A DNA stretch of 64,000 nucleotides from a virus: IMG/VR virus record IMGVR_UViG_3300045256_000567; one strand, given 5' to 3'. The position numbers and the translations under genes were made by a program. The notes under the pieces were generated by a model. It searched no databases and had not been told where the DNA came from. It saw nothing but the letters and a program-made list of their open reading frames with translations. Shown here one piece after another: positions 59,210 through 64,000 of this stretch (positions within the stretch are counted from its first letter, which is position 1; every line of letters begins with the position of its first letter).

Positions 59210-59731
59210 CTAGAATAAGGTTGCTGTATCTATAAACCTGTACATATAATAAGATAAATTTTTTATATACTCATTTTCCATTATTCTTATACCGGCGTCG
59301 CTGTAAAAAATAAATGAATACCTTACAGTGAGTTTATTTTTGCTAGTTACAGACTCTGTAATATCTAAAGGTTCAAAGGATTCAAATACTTGTTCTATGT
59401 TATAGTCATAATCTTCTAAACTAAATTCTGAATATGATTTGTATAAAGGAAAATGTGCCTGTGTGAATGGATTACTATCGTATATTTGTATTCCAACTTC
59501 TACTGCCTCAAAATCAAAAAGATATTTATCTAATAGCTGTAAAAATTCTTCTTTATCAATATCATGTTCAAGTTCTTCTGTTTCCTCAAAGCGAAAATGA
59601 ATGAATTCTGTAAAAAGTTTAAATAATTCTTTATTTTTATTATTAATATTTAAAATTTGATTTTCAGTAATTGCAGATTTAATACTTTTTAAAACTTTGC
59701 TTTCTAGCATATCAGTGGCTTCAGGCATCAT
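59210..59731 (-). CDS. Hypothetical protein, C-terminal [LIV]F family
   Basis: Ends TATLF; aligns with 56490..57014 (EFxxLLxK..xDF, FxLxxYxYxI, ENxYIK). Confidence 0.75.
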   Translation of the reverse strand: MMPEATDMLESKVLKSIKSAITENQILNINNKNKELFKLFTEFIHFRFEETEELEHDIDKEEFLQLLDKYLFDFEAVEVGIQIYDSNPFTQAHFPLYKSYSEFSLEDYDYNIEQVFESFEPLDITESVTSKNKLTVRYSFIFYSDAGIRIMENEYIKNLSYYMYRFIDTATLF

Positions 59732-59747
59732 ACAGTTTTTCCTCCCT

Positions 59748-60155
59748 TTAAAACAGCTCTCTAGTAAGTATAATTATATTAAAACTCACAAATACTTTTT
59801 TACAGGGTACATCTTCAAAAATTTTTTTATCATTTTTAACTTCACATGAAAAATGAAAAATAGTTTTAAAATAATTTTCTTTAATCATTTTTAAAGTATG
59901 CAAATGAACAAAGTCATTTAGTGTTTTTAATTTTTTAGTTGATGAAAACGTGGATAAGGTTTTTGTTAATTCAGTTTCGTCAATAACATAATTTCTAAAG
60001 GATATTTTTTTTACAATAGCATCATTGGCGTTATTTCTATATTTAACGTCGGGAATATATATAACTTCGTGTACGTAGGTGCTATAATTTTGATAAATAG
60101 TAGATTTAGCAGTGTTAATTAACTCATTTTTTATCTCTTCTATAGTTCTGTTCAT
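59748..60155 (-). CDS. Hypothetical protein, C-terminal [LIV]F family
   Basis: Ends TRELF; GGAGG RBS. Confidence 0.75.
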   Translation of the reverse strand: MNRTIEEIKNELINTAKSTIYQNYSTYVHEVIYIPDVKYRNNANDAIVKKISFRNYVIDETELTKTLSTFSSTKKLKTLNDFVHLHTLKMIKENYFKTIFHFSCEVKNDKKIFEDVPCKKVFVSFNIIILTRELF

Positions 60156-60169
60156 TTTTATCCTCCCTC

Positions 60170-60754
60170 TTAAAACAGTTCTTTTACATCTACGAGATAC
60201 GTGAACATAACTTCTATGGGCAGTGTTTTTATGTGTTTTATTTCTATGTTATTAATTGGGTACCAAGTAACACTTGTTTTGTGGTTTTTTAAAATAGAAT
60301 ACAGCTCAAATACATCTTCTTTATTTCCTATCAAAGGAAATTCTATATCTAATCTAAAAAAATGACAATTAAGAAAATCTTGTAATGAAAATACATATCT
60401 TGTCTTATACACTTCAATTATTCTATAAAATGCTTCCCTTAACTTAAAGTTAGCAAGATTTGTTTTTTTATCAAATACAGTAAAGTCTCTGAAATATGAC
60501 ATTATATCAACAAAAATATTATTTTCTATTACCTCAAATCTATTTAATATATCTGTTAGTTTTTCGTATTCGTTATTTTTTATAACCGCCCACAATAAAG
60601 ATCTATTATCTCTTTTTTTATCAATAAATTCTATAGTAATTTTTTCAGATATAGAGTTGGGAACTAAATAAAAATCTCTAAAATATTCTTCCGTTAAACA
60701 CACCAAATCATTTCTTAGTGTTTCGGATATTTTTTTTGTTTCATCAAGCTTCAT
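60170..60754 (-). CDS. Hypothetical protein, C-terminal [LIV]F family (paralog of 60779..61384)
   Basis: Ends VKELF; GGAGG RBS. Confidence 0.75.
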   Translation of the reverse strand: MKLDETKKISETLRNDLVCLTEEYFRDFYLVPNSISEKITIEFIDKKRDNRSLLWAVIKNNEYEKLTDILNRFEVIENNIFVDIMSYFRDFTVFDKKTNLANFKLREAFYRIIEVYKTRYVFSLQDFLNCHFFRLDIEFPLIGNKEDVFELYSILKNHKTSVTWYPINNIEIKHIKTLPIEVMFTYLVDVKELF

Positions 60755-60778
60755 TTACACACCTCCCCCTACAAACTT

Positions 60779-61384
60779 CTAAAATAATTTGTTTATTTTT
60801 GCTCCGAATAAAAACTCTATTTCTACAAAAACATTGTTGCTATTATTGAAAGTTATTTCTTTATATGGAAACCAGGACGATTTTATAGTGTTGTTTCTAA
60901 GAACGTTAAACAATTCAATCATGTAATTTGTGTTAGTTCTTTCTAAGAATACAGATTCTAAGCGCAATTGAAAAAATTGTTTTTCTAGATAATCTTCACT
61001 TAGAATATGTATACTTTTGTAACTGTCCATTAGTTCGAAAAAACTTTTATTTATATCAAAATTATGGATTGGCTTAATTAAATCATCAAAAAATATGTAA
61101 TTGCTGTAATATGTATTTAATTTAGTGTTAACATTTTTTTGTACTTCAAGTTCATTTAAAATATCTTCAGCTAATAACAAAATATCTTTACAGGTAACTA
61201 ATTTTGTTATAGTTCTATCAATCCCGCTTCCTAAAAGACGATCTCCATTGTCAATAAATGTTACAAAAATATTTTCTTGGCACAAGCTAACACAATTATT
61301 AAAATTATCAAAATATTTTTCAATAGCGTAACAAAATTCATTTTTAAAATGATAAGCTTGATTTTTTATTTCGCTAAAGTTCAT
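60779..61384 (-). CDS. Hypothetical protein, C-terminal [LIV]F family
   Basis: Ends INKLF; AGGAGG RBS. Confidence 0.75.
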   Translation of the reverse strand: MNFSEIKNQAYHFKNEFCYAIEKYFDNFNNCVSLCQENIFVTFIDNGDRLLGSGIDRTITKLVTCKDILLLAEDILNELEVQKNVNTKLNTYYSNYIFFDDLIKPIHNFDINKSFFELMDSYKSIHILSEDYLEKQFFQLRLESVFLERTNTNYMIELFNVLRNNTIKSSWFPYKEITFNNSNNVFVEIEFLFGAKINKLF

Positions 61385-61398
61385 GGTTTACCTCCTGT

Positions 61399-61827
61399 TT
61401 AAAACAAAGGTAAAATATTAAACAAATGTTCTTCAAACACATGATAATTTTCATCATGAATGTCTAAAGAAATTTTAATTTTTCCAACTTTTTGAACTTC
61501 AGAAATTTCTTTATAAATTTTTTCAATGAATTTATAAAAGTCATTTATTTTATAATCAAAGTAAATGCTAGAAATATAAAATGATTCTCCGCTTTTAGCG
61601 AAATTAGACGTACCATCCCAAAGTACAAAGCTAATATTATAAGAAATGTGCAAGTCTTTTAAATTCTTTTTTTCTTTTCTTGGACTTACATATTCGTCTA
61701 TTTTTTTTAGAAAGTGAGTATTTACATATTTATTTAAATCAAATAATTGAATTCTATAAGGTTCAACTATATCTTTTAATCTTTTTACTTCTTTTAAGAT
61801 TTCCTGGTTTTTGTTAGGCTTGTACAT
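61399..61827 (-). CDS. Hypothetical protein, C-terminal [LIV]F family (leaderless; start revised to ATG 61827)
   Basis: TTGACT-17-TATCCT lies 6 nt before MYKPNK; ends ILPLF. Confidence 0.75.
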   Translation of the reverse strand: MYKPNKNQEILKEVKRLKDIVEPYRIQLFDLNKYVNTHFLKKIDEYVSPRKEKKNLKDLHISYNISFVLWDGTSNFAKSGESFYISSIYFDYKINDFYKFIEKIYKEISEVQKVGKIKISLDIHDENYHVFEEHLFNILPLF

Positions 61828-61906
61828 GACTATAGGATACACCCACAGCAGTCTACAGTCAAGCCTGCTGCTACTTAGCGTTTATTTTTTTCGCCTAAAA
61901 CTAGTA

Positions 61907-62527
61907 TTAAAAAATATTTTGTAAAGTAATGTTTTTATAAAAAATACAAGTTACTAAAAGATTCCCCGCTTCAAGTATTTCAATCATCATACTTTTGTCA
62001 AATTCATTAAATGAATCCGTGGAAAAAAATATATCTTTATTGTTTTCTATAAAGTTTTTTATTTTATTTTTTTCATTTTTTAGTTCAAAGTCTACGTGAG
62101 ATTGTATAAAGTTTATATTTATATTTGATTTTATACAATCATTGATTGATTTATTTATTTTTAAAAGAATATTCTTTTCGTTTCTATGTAATTCCTCATT
62201 TAAATAATTAAAGTTATTTTGTACGTCTAGGGGTCCCTCTTCAACAGATATGTATGTGTATATTTTTGAATAATCTACTTTTATTTTTCCTATAGAATTT
62301 AGTACTTTTCTGTATAGAGGATTGTTTGCATCTACTGAAGCTATAAACAATTCTCCGTAATCTCTTCTATTTATATCATTTCTATTTTCTACTTCATCGA
62401 AGAAAATATAAAAAATATCTTCTTCATTTAAAATTACTGATGGAAGGTTTTTATTAATTATTTTTTTAAGGGATAAGTGAAATCTTTCAGCAATTCTTTC
62501 TAATTTTGTTAACATAACTAACCCCAC
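61907..62527 (-). CDS. Hypothetical protein, C-terminal [LIV]F family
   Basis: Ends LQNIF; the true start is probably the internal ATG (MLTKLE). Confidence 0.75.
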   Translation of the reverse strand: MGLVMLTKLERIAERFHLSLKKIINKNLPSVILNEEDIFYIFFDEVENRNDINRRDYGELFIASVDANNPLYRKVLNSIGKIKVDYSKIYTYISVEEGPLDVQNNFNYLNEELHRNEKNILLKINKSINDCIKSNININFIQSHVDFELKNEKNKIKNFIENNKDIFFSTDSFNEFDKSMMIEILEAGNLLVTCIFYKNITLQNIF

Positions 62528-62533
62528 AAAAAA

Positions 62534-63094
62534 TTAAAAAATCTCATCTAATTTTACCGTTATATAACCAGTAAATTTTACAATACTTGAATCATTAAAG
62601 TTAGTATTAAAAATTTCATTACGAATTTCGTACCACACTTCATTATTTATTTTATCATTAATAGACAGAATGTATTTTCTGAAAGATTCAACGAGGATTG
62701 AATCAATAGTTATATCTTTATATTCATTAGAAAATGAACATAACACTCCTTTACTAGTAGAATTAGATAGATGTTTTGCTAATTTATTTAACCCCCTATA
62801 ATAAATTCCGGTAGGTCTGGTTACTTTGTTCAATCTATAGTGCATGTATTTAGTACCATTTAATATCCTAACTGAAACACTTTTTTTGCTGAAAAGAAAG
62901 TTGTTGAAAAAAGACAGTAGTAAATAAAACTCTTTAGTTCCCAAATCAACAGAAATACACCCATTTAGTCCACTAAAATTTTTTCTTTTATAGAAGCATA
63001 GCGATAATGTTTTTTCTAAAGTTATAATTAAAAATCTTGGAAGTGTTTTTTTGAATTTTTCTACAACAATCTCTATATCCGTTTCTTTTATCAT
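62534..63094 (-). CDS. Hypothetical protein, C-terminal [LIV]F family (paralog of 63108..63665)
   Basis: Ends LDEIF; shares DIEIVxEKFK, LGTxEF, IRILxG and YYRG with the next gene. Confidence 0.8.
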   Translation of the reverse strand: MIKETDIEIVVEKFKKTLPRFLIITLEKTLSLCFYKRKNFSGLNGCISVDLGTKEFYLLLSFFNNFLFSKKSVSVRILNGTKYMHYRLNKVTRPTGIYYRGLNKLAKHLSNSTSKGVLCSFSNEYKDITIDSILVESFRKYILSINDKINNEVWYEIRNEIFNTNFNDSSIVKFTGYITVKLDEIF

Positions 63095-63107
63095 TATCCC
63101 CCCTAAT

Positions 63108-63665
63108 TTAAAAAAGTTGTTCTAGTTTTAATGATATGTAACTAGTACAAAACATATCACTTGAATTTATAAAGTAAGGTCGCAAAATTTCTTCATTAAG
63201 GTCTCTAAATAAATCGTCACTTATCTCTCCCTTTAAAGAAGAAACATAATTTACAAATGAATTAACAATTATTGGATCCAGGTCTATGTGTGAATATTTA
63301 TGAGAAAGTGTGCAAACTAATTGTTCATTACTTATACTAGATAAATTTTCTACTAATTTTTTTATACCTCTATAATAAACCTTATTATTGTTTCTCACAA
63401 TATCGATTCGCTCATATGAAAAATCATGTCCCTTTAAAATTCTTATATTTATACTTTGTTTGCTAAAAAGACGTTCCTTAAAAAATGATTGTATTAAATC
63501 AAATTCTCTGGTTCCTAAAGTTACAACAATAATTCCTGTAACATCATTTATATATCTTTTTCTGTAAAAATTAAAAACCATTACTTTTTCTAATTCAGTA
63601 ATCAAAAAATTAGAAAACCTGATTTTAAACTTCTCTGCTACTATTTCTATATCACTATTATTCAT
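63108..63665 (-). CDS. Hypothetical protein, C-terminal [LIV]F family
   Basis: Ends LEQLF; GGAGG RBS. Confidence 0.8.
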   Translation of the reverse strand: MNNSDIEIVAEKFKIRFSNFLITELEKVMVFNFYRKRYINDVTGIIVVTLGTREFDLIQSFFKERLFSKQSINIRILKGHDFSYERIDIVRNNNKVYYRGIKKLVENLSSISNEQLVCTLSHKYSHIDLDPIIVNSFVNYVSSLKGEISDDLFRDLNEEILRPYFINSSDMFCTSYISLKLEQLF

Positions 63666-63706
63666 TTTGTCCTCCCTTTTTAGAGAAGTTCTTCTAAGCT
63701 TTTCTT

Positions 63707-64000
63707 TTAAAATAGCGGAGAAAAAGAAAATTGTACTTTCATAAAATAAAGAACTTTTTTTGCCTCTTCAATATTTTCTGAAGGAAATAAATTCTTCAGT
63801 TCTTTTAATTTTTTCTCGTCAATAAAAAAATGAGATGTAAGATAAAAATTTACTAATATAGCAGTATCGGCACTATTATAAAGAAAAAATCTAATGGTAT
63901 CAAAAAATCCAGTTTCAGAATTGAAACATTTTATCTTTGATTTATTTTCTTTGTGAGAAACAGAAAAATCATAATATGAAGGAGGTACATTAGAAAATAA
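63707..64000 (-). CDS. C-terminal part of a further [LIV]F-family protein (truncated by the window end)
   Basis: Frame open from 64000: LFSNVPPSYYDF...LYFMKVQFSFSPLF*. Confidence 0.7.
   Translation of the reverse strand, partial: LFSNVPPSYYDFSVSHKENKSKIKCFNSETGFFDTIRFFLYNSADTAILVNFYLTSHFFIDEKKLKELKNLFPSENIEEAKKVLYFMKVQFSFSPLF

Noticed and set aside
1-64000. tRNA/rRNA genes, introns, inteins, alternative genetic code
   Set aside because: No cloverleaf-like intergenic sequence or split conserved gene was seen. ORFs tile densely under code 11, and all three stop codons are used as stops.

Overview
This is a 64-kb AT-rich segment of a large contractile-tailed (myovirus) phage. Gene content, gene order and its many -10-only/leaderless promoters resemble Thermus phages of the phiYS40/TMA type, and the capsid, sheath and tube proteins look Herelleviridae-like; both assignments are from recognition, not a database search. 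Layout: (1) 1-27.8 kb: terminase plus head, tail and baseplate genes. (2) 27.8-51.7 kb: four giant 1600-1940 aa probable virion-internal or ejected proteins. Two are HExxH zincin paralogs arranged as a 9.76-kb degenerate palindrome with a near-perfect 188-bp inverted repeat at their 5' ends, one is an SF2/SNF2-type helicase, and all four appear to share a ~55-aa leader module. (3) 51.8-53.3 kb: two adenine methyltransferases bracketed by IS200/IS605 right ends. (4) 53.6-58.6 kb: an array of self-contained early promoter/5' hairpin/mini-gene/terminator cassettes. (5) 56.5-64 kb: twelve highly diverged ORFs (eleven complete, 135-206 aa, one truncated) that all end in [L/I/V]-F. Scattered through the window are non-autonomous IS605/TnpB derivatives (TTAT target, TCAC right end, omegaRNA scaffold). 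Their left ends rebuild extended -10 promoters on insertion and remain as scars in three structural-gene promoters. No tRNA, rRNA or CRISPR array was seen.
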